DNA of 64,000 bases from Eremomyces bilateralis CBS 781.70 (lineage: Eukaryota): assembly GCA_010015585.1 (NCBI GenBank), contig ML975163.1; one strand, written 5' to 3'. The notes beneath the pieces were generated by a model. The model was not told where the DNA came from. It ran no database searches and was given only the letters and a program-made list of their open reading frames with translations. A program made the position numbers and the translations under genes. This document shows, one piece after another, positions 47,419 to 60,713 of this stretch (the first letter of the stretch is position 1; every line of letters begins with the position of its first letter).

Positions 47419-50400
47419 ATGCCCTCCAGCTCCTCCGCGGATGCGAAATCGAGGCAGTCGTCGGGCGGGAAATCTTTCTTCTCGCGGCGACATAGAGAGA
47501 AATCCAACGACTACGGCTACTTAAACGCCGATCCCGCCACGGTGATGCCCGCACCGTCGGGGTCGCAGTCCTCGCGACATTCGAATCGACGGCCTAGTAC
47601 CGATCGCCCAGGCTCATCGGGTCACGATGCAGCGGGCTTGAACATGCAGGCGGGCGTCATCACGTCGATACCGTACGAGACCGTCGCGGATCGAGGATCC
47701 CCGATTGCCGTGAACTATTTGCCCAACGAAGAGAATCCGCCGAGGAGAGGCCCGAGGGAGCCATTACCACATCATTTAAATAAGGCGACCAGCGACTTTC
47801 ATCAGTACCCGGTGATCAATCGAATGGCACCTCCCCCGAAGCCCGGCGCGTCTGACGCGCCGCCACGGCCGCCACCGCATGCCTCCATGTCGACGCCAGC
47901 TTCGAGCGCCTCCGGGGATCGAAGCGGACACATGCAGAATTACAATAGGAAAGGAGGCGCATCGAACGGCTTTCAAGATATGGCAATCGCCCCAGGAAAT
48001 AACCGTATGGACGATCAAGCGAGCATTCACTCGAACCATTCGGGAGCCCGAACACCGAGTGTCCAGTCACACACGAATACCTCACAGCATTCATTTTCCA
48101 CATATGGGCAGGATATATCACCCTCGAAATCACACCAGTCGCCGATGTATAATTCCTCCGCACAAACCCAGAATTCGCGCTACAGTTCGACAACCTCCTT
48201 TTCGCCTGATGGCTTCAATTTGAAACGACCATCGGATGACCGCCTCATCGAGAAGGAATGGCTGAGCTTGATGAACAAGCGCGGCTGGCTTAATTTGCCC
48301 GAGCAAGCGCGGCGACAGATGCAGAACTACTCCGTTGACAAGAAATGGATGCTGGTATATCAAGATCGTCTGGCCGAGTGGCAGGGAGATCAGAAGAGAA
48401 AAACTGTCGCTCGACACACCGCTGCCGACACCGTCTTCGACCGCGCACACGAGGAGGGAAGCCCCGAGTGGTACGTTCGCAAGGTGCTGGATAACTCGAT
48501 CACCGCGAAGCAGTTGCAGAGCTTAAGCGTCTCTCTTCGAACGCAGCCCATCGGATGGGTGAAGGCGTTCGTCGAAGCACAAGGGCAGATCGCGCTCACG
48601 AATGTGCTCTCGAAGATCAACCGGAGGCAAGGGCAAGGGCCTGCTCCTCCGACCAAAAAACGGGATATGGATCTGGACCGCGAATATGACCTCGTCAAGT
48701 GCCTGAAGGCTCTGATGAACAATCGATACGGTGCCGACAATGCTCTGCAGCATCCGCAGATCACCGCGGCGTTGGCGGCCTCGCTCATCTCCCCGCGCCT
48801 CAATACGAGGAAGCTAGTCAGCGAGATCCTCACATTTCTGTGCCATTGGGGCACTGGTGAGGGACACGCGAAGGTCCTCGGAGCCCTGGACAACCTCAAA
48901 CATGCGCAGGGCGAGAATGGTCGCTTCGACGCATGGATGCGCATCGTGGAAGTCACCACCGACGGGCGCGGCAAGATGGGCAGTCTGGTGGGTGCCAGCG
49001 AAGAGGTCCGCAGCGGAGGCATCGGGGTCGAGAACCTGCTAATGGAATACGCTGTCGCGAGCTTGCTGCTCATCAACATGATTGTCGACGCTCCGTCGGA
49101 TGACTTGCAGCTGCGAGTGCATGTTCGAGCCGGGTTCACAGCATGCGGCATCAAGCGCATCTTGACGAAGATGGAGGGGTTCCAATACGAGGTGATCGAT
49201 AAGCAGATCGACCGATACCGCACGAACGAGGCGATTGACTACGAGGATTTCTTGGAACGGGAGAACCAGAGCATGGTGGATAGTGTCGAAGGCGATTCGA
49301 AGGATTTGAGCGACCCGATTCAGATCGCGGATGCGATTCAGACGAAGATCAACGGAACGAGAGCGAACGATTACTTTATTTCGACCATGCAGCATTTGCT
49401 CCTCATCCGGGATAACCAGGGAGAAGACCGGCTGCGGATGTTCCAGCTGGTCGATGCGATGCTGAGCTACGTGGCGATGGACCGGAGGCTGCCCGATATG
49501 GACCTCAAGCAGAGTTTGAACTTCACCGTCCAGAATCTGCTGGATAAATTATACACCGACTCCGAGGCACGCCAAGCGCAGGACGAGGCTACCGAAGCGC
49601 GGCAGGTCGCGGATTCGGCGCTCGCGGAGCGAGATCAGTTGACCGCGCAAGTGCAGCTGGGCGCTGATGGATTAGTCGCTAAACTGCAGAAGCAAGTGCA
49701 AGAGCAGCAAGCGATCATCGACCTGCGCGGGCGGCAGACCGAGACGTTGAAGGCCGAGGTCGCGGAAGTCCAAAGGATGCGGGCCCAGGAGCTCCAAAGA
49801 AATGAACTGGAGACTCGCGAGCTATACCTGATGCTCAGGGATGCTCAAGATGCAGCGGCCTCGGTAGCGAAGGACGGCAAAGCTCCGCTCGCAGACCCGA
49901 CTCAGATGCAAGGCATCCTCGACCGCGAGCGGCTCATGGACCGGCTGGAAAGGCAGCTTGAGCGCGCGAAGACGCAGGCGAAGCTAGAAGGCAAGGCATT
50001 CCAGGGCCCCGGTCCGAGCGACAAGCTGCGCGAGCTTCGTGAGCGGATGGATAACCCGATGGGCCAGCGGTTGGAGATCGGCGACTACAAAAACAGCATC
50101 ATCGGGTCGGTGTCGCGAGGGAAGAAGGCTCGCCATTTCGACTCGGATGACGAGACCGAGAAGGCGGACGAGGATGCAACGGTGTATGAACGGCCGCGGT
50201 TGGTCGAGATGCGTCGGCCGAAGATGAACGCGGAGCAAGCGACGGGTCTGCTTGGCGAGATCGCGAACAAAGTGAAACGGATCGACGGCAGCGATGATGA
50301 GGAGGGCGATGGTGTCACGACGGGGCCGACACATCCAAGCATTGAGTCCGCGTCGCCGAAGACCCCTGATGATGAGCAATTCGATGGGGCTGGAGGAAGG

Positions 50401-52804
50401 AAAGGTGTCTCACCGATGCCTGGATATGCTAATAACGTGCCACCCCCACCTCCACCACCCATGCCGGGCTATTCTGGCGCTCCTCCTCCACCCCCTCCAC
50501 CGATGCCAGGCTACCAATCCAATGGTGCACCTCCCCCTCCCCCACTACCGGGCACCAACGGTGCGCCTCCTCCACCTCCGCCTCCTCTTCCCGGCACCGG
50601 CTCCAACTTCGCTCCTCCACCCCCTCCCCCGATCCCTGGCGCGCCTCCCCTTCCCGGAGCCAAAACCGGCGGCTTCTTGCCCAAGCGTGATCTCAACACC
50701 GCGCCAACCATGGCACTTCCCGTCGCGCGGCCGAAGAAGAAGCTCAAGGCGCTGCATTGGGAGAAGGTCGACGCGCCACAAACCACGATCTGGGCGACGC
50801 ACACGCCGACGTACGAAGATCGGGAGGAGAAGTACAAGGAGCTGAGCCGGAAGGGCGTGTTGGACGAGGTGGAAAAGTTGTTTTTGGCGAAGGAGATCAA
50901 GGCGATCGGCAAGAAGCAGATGGCCAAAGATAATAAGAAGCAGATCATTAATAGTGATCTGATGAAGAAGTTCCGTAAGTACCTCGTGTCTCGATTACTC
51001 CTATGGGGAGGTTTATGCTGATGATTGGATAGATATATCCCTTGCCAAGTTCTCGCAAGTCTCCGTTGAAGTGCTGGTCCGCAAGGTCATCCACTGCGAT
51101 TCCGACGTCTTGGATAACGCGGTTGTTATGGACTTTTTGCAGAAAGACGACCTTTGCGTGATTCCCGACAACACCGCCAAGTTGATGGCTCCGTACGGCA
51201 AAGACTGGGCCGGTCCCGATGCTGCGAGCACCACTCGAGAATTGGACCCGTCTGAGCTGACCCGAGAGGACCAGATTTACCTGTTTACTGCCTTCGAGCT
51301 CCGCCATTACTGGAAGAGCCGTATCCGGGCGCTGTCGCTCACGAGGACGTACGAAGCGGATTACGACGAGATCTCGCAGAAATTGCAAGATGTCGTCCGG
51401 GTATCAGATTCGCTGCGAGACTCGGTCAAGTTGATGAACGTCCTGGGTCTCATTTTGGACATCGGAAATTTCATGAACGATTCCAACAAGCAAGCGATCG
51501 GATTCAAGCTGAGCTCGCTTGCGCGCCTGGGAATGGTGAAGGACGACAAGAACGAGTCCACCTTCGCCGATCTCGTCGAGCGGATTGTGCGAACGCAATA
51601 CCCCGAGTGGGAGGGCTTCGTCGATGAAATCGAAGGCGTCATCACGTCACAGAAACTCAACGTCGAGCTGCTCCAACTGGAGGCCAAGAAATACACAGAC
51701 AATATCAACAACGTGCAAGCGTCCCTCGACGCCGGCAATTTGTCCGACCCCAAGAAGTTCCACCCCGAAGACCGTGTCAGCATCGTCGTGCAGCAACACA
51801 TGAAAGAAGCGCGCCGCAAAGCCGAACAGATGAAAGTCTTCCTCGAAAACATGGTGGAAACGTACGACAACATCATGGTCTTCTACGGCGAAGATCCTAC
51901 GGACGAGAACGCCCGCCGCGACTTCTTCTCGAAACTCGCGATCTTCGTCAGCGAATGGAAAAAGAGCAAGGCCAAGAACGTCGAGATCGAAGACACCCGC
52001 CGCCGCAACGAAGTCAGCATGCGCCGCAAGCAAATCAGCGCCCAAACCATCAACGTCACCGCGGCTGTCGACGGCGACGCGCCGCCCTCTCCCGCGTCCA
52101 CCGGCGCGATGGACTCCCTCCTTCAGAAACTCCGCGAAGCCAAGACCGACACCCGCGACCAGCGCGACCGCCGGCGCCGCGCCCGCCTCAAGGACCGACA
52201 TCAGGTGCGCGTCGCATCCGGGCAAAATATCCCGGATATCCGGAGCGGCTCCGATGACGCCGACGACGCCGGTTCCGTGTCCGTGTCCGTCGACCCGACT
52301 GGGTTGCTCTCCCCGATATCCGACGCCGGCGAAGGACCGTCGACGGAGCCGGCGGGCGGCGACGCGGCGGAACAGGACGTGGGCGACCGGGCGGAGGCGC
52401 TGCTGGCGGGATTGCGGGCGGAAAGCGGGAAGGGCGGGGATGAGGTGCGGGTGCGGAAGCGGCGGGAGAGCGCGAACGATGAGCGGGAGAGGAGGCGGAG
52501 ACGACGCGCAGCGGCGGAGTCGGCGGCGAATGCGGCGAGTGAGGAGGCGGCGTGGAGTCGTGGGTCGAGGAACTCGCGGATTACGGAGTTGGAGGAGCCG
52601 AGGGATGGGGAGGATGTGGAGCGGAATCGATTGAGCGCGATTAGTGGAAGTGCGAGTGGGGAGGGCGAGGGTGAGGTGCCGAGAACGAGCGCCGAATTAA
52701 GCATATCGGGTAACCCGGATGCTATGGATGGTCCGCAGCTAAGTGCGGCGCCGGTGACGGTTGTGAGTCCGCCGAGTCCTGCAGGAGAGCAAGGGAGGCC
52801 GTGA
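47419..52804 (+). CDS. sepA: Formin (SepA/Bni1-like): GBD/FH3, FH1, FH2, DAD; exons 47419-50974, 51033-52804
   Basis: GBD/FH3 motifs (SLSVSLRTQPIGWV, CLKALMNN), poly-Pro FH1, FH2 motifs KLKALHWEK and GNFMND..GFKLSSL, and DAD motif GAMDSLLQKL. Intron 50975-51032. Confidence 0.97.
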
Positions 52805-54058
52805 GGTCTTCGGGAGGGGGTAATGTTTGCTGGGTGATGCTGAGTCCAACTTGACCGTGGCCCCCGGACGGTTTCCGTGGTCATTAGCGATACCAGTTTC
52901 TAATGTCTTATATTTTGCTTTACATCATCCTTTTTTTCTTCCGCCGTGTACTATAGGGGAGATATCGCTGCGGTATGCAGTAGGAGGACGGCTGTTGGGG
53001 GCCTTTCTTCGAGCATTTGAGCAGGGCGTTGAGATTGATTTGGGGGCGACAGAGCAGCCTTTGCGATGGATGTCAAGGACTGTTCCACTCTGCCACTGTT
53101 CCTTCAAATGGAGATAGCTATTACAAAGCACCGGGACTGTTAAACCAATATTCAGAGCTTGTTTGACTTGCACTCTGCCCTGTCGTTTCGACTCGAGAAA
53201 CGCTGGACTCCTTCTCCACATCTCGGTTTCCTCTCAATCCCATGCAACTACAGTCATAGTGCCTATTATTAACGATTGAAGGATGTAGTCATATTTTTAG
53301 GCGATCACGATTTTGTTATCGCCCCTGACGAAAATATAATGAAGTTGGTCGTTGGCCCCCCGGCTGTGATGGACAGCGTGAGTGCGGCAGATTACGAGGC
53401 CGGACCCTTGACCGGTTGATAGGGCGAACTTCAACCCCATGAGGCTGAGAGAACTCACCGACCTACTTCGCCATCACTTTTACGGATTCCGACTTCATGC
53501 TGCGAAACGCCTTCCGGCGATATTGGTGGAAGCCTGAAGGCAGGCAGTGTTGGACGGAGGTGTAACGAACACGCCTTTGCACCAACCAGATGTCCGCCAA
53601 CCTCCCCAAACGTGCCATGGATCGCTCGGTCTGGCAGAACACGTGGGACAAGTGTACAGGCCGTTAGGATTTTGACACTGGAAATTCGGACGGGTCTATA
53701 TCGGGCGCTATTGGTCGTGATACCATGGATCGTGCCTCGTTGGTGTCTCGTTGGTGCCAGGCAACCATGGCACTCACCCGTAGCTCACGCCTAAGGCGTG
53801 TGTCCATTGCGGCACGATGGTGAGAATTATTTGATGGCTGTGTAGGAAGACATGACCATAGATCATCAACTAACCGGTTGCTACAATTGTAAGGCCATAC
53901 GGTACGGTATTCCTATATTTCCCTTCCTAGAGATTTCTAGAATATTAGTCTTCGGACGCCTGTCCGTCTACGCTGATGCTCCGAGTCTTCCTTTCCTAAA
54001 TCTACTTCTAGTCTCTGTGTTACTTAAAGAACCTGTGTTCTAAGTTGTGCCTCCCAAT

Positions 54059-55960
54059 ATGTCAGGTGTTGTTCTTTACTCCCAACCGACTCCACCGGCG
54101 AGTCGGGAGAACTCGAAGTCGAGGGTTGACAGAACCGAAAGATCGCAGCGAGTTGGTAACCTCTTCAAGGGGCTCCGACTTAGGATCTCTGGGGACTCCA
54201 AGCCAACCCACCCTGCAAACGGCCACAGTGCCTCGTCATCAGCATCTTCTGTCCGTGGAGGTGGCCAGCGTTCATCATCGGCAAACACATCTCCAGTCTC
54301 GTCCGCTTCGACGGGTATGACCACCCCCCGGCTCTCCGCAACGATATCCGATTACGATGATTTCAATCTACTGCACATCCCGCCTTCATCACCGCTATCG
54401 CGATCGAAAAGAGTAAACTATTCTCGACCACTGTCTGCTCACCTTCAAGATCGGAGAAGAGCCACTCGAGGCAGCCATAATTCAGACGACAACTCGTCCC
54501 AATCTTCTAGCCATTCCAGGAGAACTACGTCAAAAGGGGCAGCCAGGCTGAGAGTCACAATACCAACCGTGGATGTTAGGGACAATGAAGGGTCAACACA
54601 TTCGGTTCTTACGTTTCCCCCAAACGACAGCATCCAAAACACCCCAAGTGGCTCACTGTATGATTTCGAACGTCGGCATGCATATGTCTTCGAGCGGACA
54701 CCTTGGTCTACGAGTGATATTGGTCGGTTCCGCAACTCAACGGTTTCTCATGCCGAGTCATCATCACCGAGCCCGCTAACACATGGCACATCACAATACA
54801 CGCGTGTATCACAGAGGATGGGCACGGAAAAAGTACTTTATGGCGCCCTCGATTCTCTTATCCATTTCCCTCCCCCAGACCTCGACAAGGCCGCTACAAC
54901 GAGTAAAGCAGAAGCCATGGCACGAATCCCCGGCGAAATAGCACCTCCAAAGAAGAAGAAGAAACGAACCAGTCCAAAAGAATCTGAAACGGGGAATGGA
55001 CCTTCATCCGACTTGACAAATATCTCAACTCTCCCTCCTTCCTCTGAATACACAAACAACCTCCAAAGGGAGTTTGAAATCCTGACACTCCGGGTCAATA
55101 AACTCACAGCTCAACTCGACGCTGCTGCCCAATCCAAGTCGAGACGCACCCCCAAACGCACCCTGAAGCGCCAATCGGAGCCTTGCGAATGCCAAGTGTG
55201 CGGAGACGAATTTTTCGAATGCCCCAATGCCAGCCAGAAATGCTCACACCCACGGATGACCTGCCGCCCATGTCTCTCCCAATGGATCCATAAATCCCTG
55301 GAGGATTCTGCTGGCCAAGTCAACGTACGCTGCCCGGACGCAGACTGCAACCGAGTCCTCGCCTTCACCGACGTCAAGAAATTCGCGGACCCGGAAGATT
55401 TCGAGCGATACGACCAGCTGCAAACGAGGGCCGCCCTCAACGACCTCCCGAATTTCGTCTGGTGCATTGGGCCGCACTGCGACAGCGGACAAATCTACGA
55501 TGGCTCGGAATTTGCCACGATTTTCACCTGTGCTGCGTGCGAATATCGAGCCTGCACTTCAGATGTACACCATCCTGATGCGCCGCCAGAGCAGGCGGGA
55601 ATGGAGTTGCGAAGTGGCCGGGCGATTGGTTCGAAGGGAGGAAATATCCGGCTCATTCCATGGCACACCGGCGAGACATGCGAAGATTACGAAGAGCGCA
55701 TCAACTACGACCCCGTGGAGGAGAGGCGGAGGGAAGAGGAGGCGCAATCCGCATTGGAGATTGCACGGGTGAGCAAACGGTGCCCGAATCAGCGGTGCGG
55801 CTGGAACATTCAGAAGCGCGATGGCTGCGATCATATGACGTGCAGGATGTGTTCGTATGAATTTTGCTGGATCTGCTTGGCGGACTGGAGGGCCAACCGA
55901 GAACCAAGGGGATATGGTCATATATGCCCCACTCATCGACCTAATAATAACGGCCGGTAA
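54059..55960 (+). CDS. RBR-type (RING1-IBR-RING2) E3 ubiquitin ligase; may extend to 56302/56419 via a further exon
   Basis: RING1 CQVC..CSH..CRPC..CPDADC, IBR WCIGPHCDSGQ..CAACEYRAC..WHTGETC, and RING2 CPNQRC..GCDHMTCRMCSYEFCWIC. Confidence 0.9.
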   Translation: MSGVVLYSQPTPPASRENSKSRVDRTERSQRVGNLFKGLRLRISGDSKPTHPANGHSASSSASSVRGGGQRSSSANTSPVSSASTGMTTPRLSATISDYDDFNLLHIPPSSPLSRSKRVNYSRPLSAHLQDRRRATRGSHNSDDNSSQSSSHSRRTTSKGAARLRVTIPTVDVRDNEGSTHSVLTFPPNDSIQNTPSGSLYDFERRHAYVFERTPWSTSDIGRFRNSTVSHAESSSPSPLTHGTSQYTRVSQRMGTEKVLYGALDSLIHFPPPDLDKAATTSKAEAMARIPGEIAPPKKKKKRTSPKESETGNGPSSDLTNISTLPPSSEYTNNLQREFEILTLRVNKLTAQLDAAAQSKSRRTPKRTLKRQSEPCECQVCGDEFFECPNASQKCSHPRMTCRPCLSQWIHKSLEDSAGQVNVRCPDADCNRVLAFTDVKKFADPEDFERYDQLQTRAALNDLPNFVWCIGPHCDSGQIYDGSEFATIFTCAACEYRACTSDVHHPDAPPEQAGMELRSGRAIGSKGGNIRLIPWHTGETCEDYEERINYDPVEERRREEEAQSALEIARVSKRCPNQRCGWNIQKRDGCDHMTCRMCSYEFCWICLADWRANREPRGYGHICPTHRPNNNGR

Positions 55961-57073
55961 ATGGACGCTGGTTCTAGCGGCATTGAGACGTGCAATTGGT
56001 CGTGGAATAGTGTTTACCTTCTGTGTAGTTTTGGTACTGGAACTGGAAGGGTTGAGACTGGTGGCACTGATGCTGGTGGTCTTGGTGCCGGATTCGGTGG
56101 TACTAGCGTTAGTACAGGAGGCGCTGGCACTGGAACCATTGTCACCGGAGGAAGTGGCTTTGGCCCCATTGGTACTCCCGTTGGTGCTGGAGCAGTTGGT
56201 ACTGGAGCCTTTAGTAATGGAGGGGGAGGAACAGGTTCCATTTTGGCACCATCCATGTCATCAGACAGACCTTTCGGTGGTATTCCAGGCCCTACTCCTT
56301 AGGCAGGCATCGGAATCTTCGGTTCTGCGTCATCGGACAGCGGTTTTGGTGGTCCGCGTAACACCCCACCAAGCAACATCTTCGGTTCTCGACCCTCCCT
56401 CCATCGGAAGCTAGAATAAGTTTCTTCCCACCCCCGCGGTAGCTAGCACGCTTTCTCGGCAGTTTTTTTTTGTTCAACACTCGCCTCACTCCTCCATCAG
56501 AATTTAGGATCTTCTTTGATCTAATATATCAGAGCGGCGAGGATGCATTAATATAGACCTGGGAGAAGATCTGAAGCTGGCAAGGGAAGGGTGTCATTTG
56601 GAGGGATGTCAAGTAGTTGACACAGAAACCCATCTAACCTATCGGCAAGATGTTAATCAATGTAATGTATTTATGAATAACTCATATACCATGAGTAGAT
56701 GTGCATTCAAGTGTTATGTTCGAGGCAGTTGAAAATACCTGATATTTCTCCTATTCTTTTGTAGGTCTTGGATAACATTTAAGGACCAGTGTTCAGGGGC
56801 AGTCCATGAATGTGAGAAGGGGATCAGATGCCTTACCGCCTTACAGCCTCGAAAATCGAAGTGACGCTAAGCCATATTTGGTATAGTGCAGTACTGTCGG
56901 ATAGGGACAACAACGACCTGGAACATCAACAACTCGAAGCCTCCACCAAAACAACCATCTCCACCCCATGATTACTTGTCGCTCGCTCATTTCGAACGCC
57001 GGACACGGTGCACATTGTCGTATATTTAAAGGTGCATTGGAATTAAGCGTGCATCTTTGGACGTTTATAAGCC

Positions 57074-60000
57074 ATGGCGTCTGCTGTGCTAACTCCCGGT
57101 CGCATTAAGCGGCGGGAAAACCAGTTCTTCGATGTCGGCATTCAGGGACGGTGAGTGATGATCGCGCAGTCGCGTCCCAACATCGGACGAGACAACATGG
57201 AAGATGAGATGAATTCTAATCGACCATTGGGACCACAGGAAAACCGGAATCACGCTCAAAGACACTGGGATCCGAGACGAGAATGGGATGATGCCCCTCG
57301 ATGGCATCTTCTCGAGTCCGCAGAAGAGCCCGCCGAAGCAGATATTCGAAACCCAGAATGGGAAACTTGTGAGCGCATCAGGTGAGAGTATGCAGATGAG
57401 TATGACACCACCAACCGGACTATAAAACACATTGGTGCATCTTGTTTACGTTTCCCGATAGGCTCTGCGCCCGAAGTCACCGAAGTCCTATCAGCGAGGA
57501 GGTTGATGCAAAGCGGAAAGAAATTGCTCCCTCCACCAATGGGTCGATCGCCGATCAAGACGTCTCTCGGGTCTTCACCACAACGACTTTCAATCGCAGC
57601 GAACTCGGCAAGGAAGGCAGCCATGACCCCAACAGGATCGCTCCGGAAGCCACCGATACGGAAACTGGACTTTGATATGGACGAGCCGATTGCGAGCATC
57701 GAACGAAGCCCGACAAGGACCATCAAAATTGGTAGATACGAGCCGGAGCAGAGTCCGCTGATCAGGCGGAAAAGTCAGGCTAGTGTGGCAGAGGACGAAG
57801 TTCTACCTCGAAGCAGCCCTGTCCATATGAATGGACTCAATGAAGATGACGAGTACACTCTACCACATTACGGCGACGATGATTCTATCCAGATGCTGCA
57901 TGGGGCGAACCAATCCTTTGTCCGGGCCGAACAGACCGTGAGTTCGACTCCCGAAAGTCAAAGAAAGGGCGCCGTAAGAAGCAGTAATATCTCGAACATG
58001 CCCTCGGATCCGTTTCAAGATGCTCCGTCCTCTGGAACACGAAACAAACGAAAGCGCATTTCCGATGAGGCCATTGACCCCTCACTACTTCAGATGGAAC
58101 CTTCTGCAGGGCCCATCGAAGCTAGCCACTACGATATCTCCCCTAAGGTACCTATCGCAGCGCCTCAGGATCTGCCACCGCCCCAGGATCTGCCAGATGC
58201 AGAGACACCCGAGCGCTTTACTACGGATTTCTCGGACGAAGATGATTATGATCCAACGCTTGCCAACGCAAAGAGCAAGGCTAAGACTCGCCGCAGTACA
58301 GCTACCAATGCAAATAAAAAACTCCAGATCTACGAAGATGACTACGCAGAGGCGGGCGCTGAGGCGTCCGATAGCATGCCGCCACCTGCCGCAAAACGGG
58401 CCAAAACATCAAAGAAGCCCGCAGCGCGCGACCCGAATGCTCGAATGAACCGCACTGTCTCACGTGGTGCTTCCGCAAAACCGTCCTTCCCACCACCAGC
58501 CTATGCCCGCGATACCTACTCTCCACCGACCCGTGCACGAACGGGAAGCGTGGCGCGCGGTGCCTCTCGAGGAGCATCTGCTGCGCCATCCAATGGACGA
58601 AGTCGCAGTCATGCGCCACGCACATTGCAGATTCTCCGACAAGCCACGCCGTCCGAGGACGACGGTGCATTGAGGACGCGGAGTGGGCGGACGAGCATCC
58701 AGCCGGTCCACTGGTGGTGTGGCGAGCGGGTGGATCGCGCGCACGATGGGTCGATCAAGGGGGTGACAAGAGTGGAGGAGGCGGAGATGGAGTTGAAGAA
58801 GAAAAAGAAGGCGGCAAAGGGGAAGAAGCTAGGCGCGAAGTCAAGGCCGCCGGCGAATAGACTTGGGAGTTTAGAAGAAATTAGGGAAGAGGAGGAGGAG
58901 GTCGAGGAGGTCGAGGAAGAGGAAGGGATGGAAGAATGGGAGGCGGAGGGAAGGGTGTTGACAGGGCGGGTGAAGTCATGGGATTTGGCTATGAACCCAG
59001 ATCTAGAAGGCGAGGACGTGGAGATGGGTAAGTCGATTCCTCACTCCGTCCACTCCTCTGCTGCCGCTCCTTTACTTCCTCATGCTTACGTGCTTGTAGA
59101 GATCGCCTACGGACGAAACTCCATCGAACTCAAAGACGTCGCGGGCGCTGACTTCCAATACGGCAAATGCATTGCGCTACCCTTCTTCGGTGCCGGACTC
59201 GTCGATATCCCGCCCGGTGGCTACAAGAGAGCGAAGAATTCCCGACGAATGCAGATGACATTCTTCGTACACGAGGGGAAGGTCACCGTGAGTGTTGGGG
59301 ATGAAGGCTGCGTCTTTGCTATCAGCAAAGGCGGCCTTTGGTCGGTTCCACGGGGTAAGTGACCATTTCCTTCTTTCCCTTTTCCTCTTATTTGCTTGTC
59401 TTCTGCCTGGCTTGAGATACTCCCGACGGAATGAGACCACGCATCCACCGAATCTTGAAGCATTCGAACCCAAGCCGAGACGTTCCTGAATAGTTGATGG
59501 TGGTCCCTCGGCCGTGCAATCTGCTGCCCTGCAAGCCCAGCTATTTCCGCCAGAGATCGCATACATCTTTCCATCTCACTGTTCTCTTCTCTTACCTGAT
59601 TCATCTCATCTCCTTGCCTGTTCCAACCCACCTGTCTCTCAAAAAGCGGTGAACTCTTCATCGATTCCAATTTCTCCTTGTGCTACCATCTCCTACCTGC
59701 CCTCCTCCAACATCACCCCCACTATTGCATTTTGCGGCTACCTGCGCCATCTGTGTGTTTGCTTTTCGGCCACCTTACTGGATCCACCTGCCCTAGCATG
59801 ATCAACGTTCCTAAATCTGTCCGCACACCCGAAGGAGCGGCACACCACGACATAGAGCCGCAGGACAACCTCTACGACCACCTCACCGTTGCTGCGGGAA
59901 TGCGTCAACCCGCGCTTGAGCTACAGTCTGTGCGCGCAGATGCGGGAGCATGCTCTGGCTCGCGGTGTTGTGACTGGGAGATCAATTCGTCTGGTCAAAC

Positions 60001-60449
60001 TTCCTTTGCGGAGCATGCCTGTGCGACGTTACACAACAGCATCGGGCTGCTTCCTCGGGCTTGAGCAGAAGTTTGGTGGCACTATTGAGGGCCGTATCGT
60101 CTACCCGCCTCCCCGTCTGCCGTTTCCCCGATTGCGATGGCCGTTGCTACCCTGGTTTTCGTTCCAATCCTTTCCAGATGGCATGGATCGGCGTTATGCG
60201 CCCAACTTATGCCCCCTGGCCACATCTTCACTTTCTGTCCGAGTTCTGTTCCACAGCTATCGATCTTTCATTTCGCTTCTAGAATGCTTCGATACGGTGC
60301 ACGAAATCCTGCATGAAGCTCCAGTTTGAATCGGTAGGCTGACAGATGTTGTGGTGTTTTTAGGGAATACCTATTCGATCAATAACGATAGTGCGACGCC
60401 GGCGAGAATATTCTTTGCACAGGGGTGTGAGATGGTCATGGATGAGTAA
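57074..60449 (+). CDS. MIF2: Inner kinetochore protein CENP-C (Mif2/Cnp3); exons 57074-57150, 57239-57399, 57462-59027, 59100-59354, 60364-60449
   Basis: Mif2_N-like ENQFFDVGIQGR|KTGITLKDTGIRDENG, CENP-C motif RTRSGRTSIQPVHWWCGERV, and cupin FFGAGLVDIPPGGYKRAKNS..VPRG|NTYSINN..ARIFFAQG. The last intron is 59355-60363. An alternative exon-2 donor at 57382 is possible. Confidence 0.92.
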
Positions 60450-60713
60450 AGGCGTTTTGATTAGGTGTTTTGGATTCTTGTCTCGATACCATGACGGAAG
60501 GCGTTGATTGGAAAGGCTATGTCCCGGAGGATGATGATGAGTTTCATGAAAGAATTTCTACTTCGCTAGACCGACCCATGGGTGGAACGGAATTTCGGTT
60601 GTGGTTGGGGGTACATCAAGGAAAGGCACATATTAACAACGTATCTCAACGCGACAGTTCTCGCAATCCAACATCTCATGTCCTGCGGTGGTAGTACCGA
60701 CCACTTGAACTAT

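Noticed and set aside
50440..50660. Repetitive C-rich tract
   Set aside because: It is explained by the formin FH1 poly-proline repeats.
15068..59099. Apparent excess of stop-free introns with lengths divisible by three (about 7 of 40)
   Set aside because: This is close to chance expectation for ~50-nt introns. Only the FDH case has independent support.
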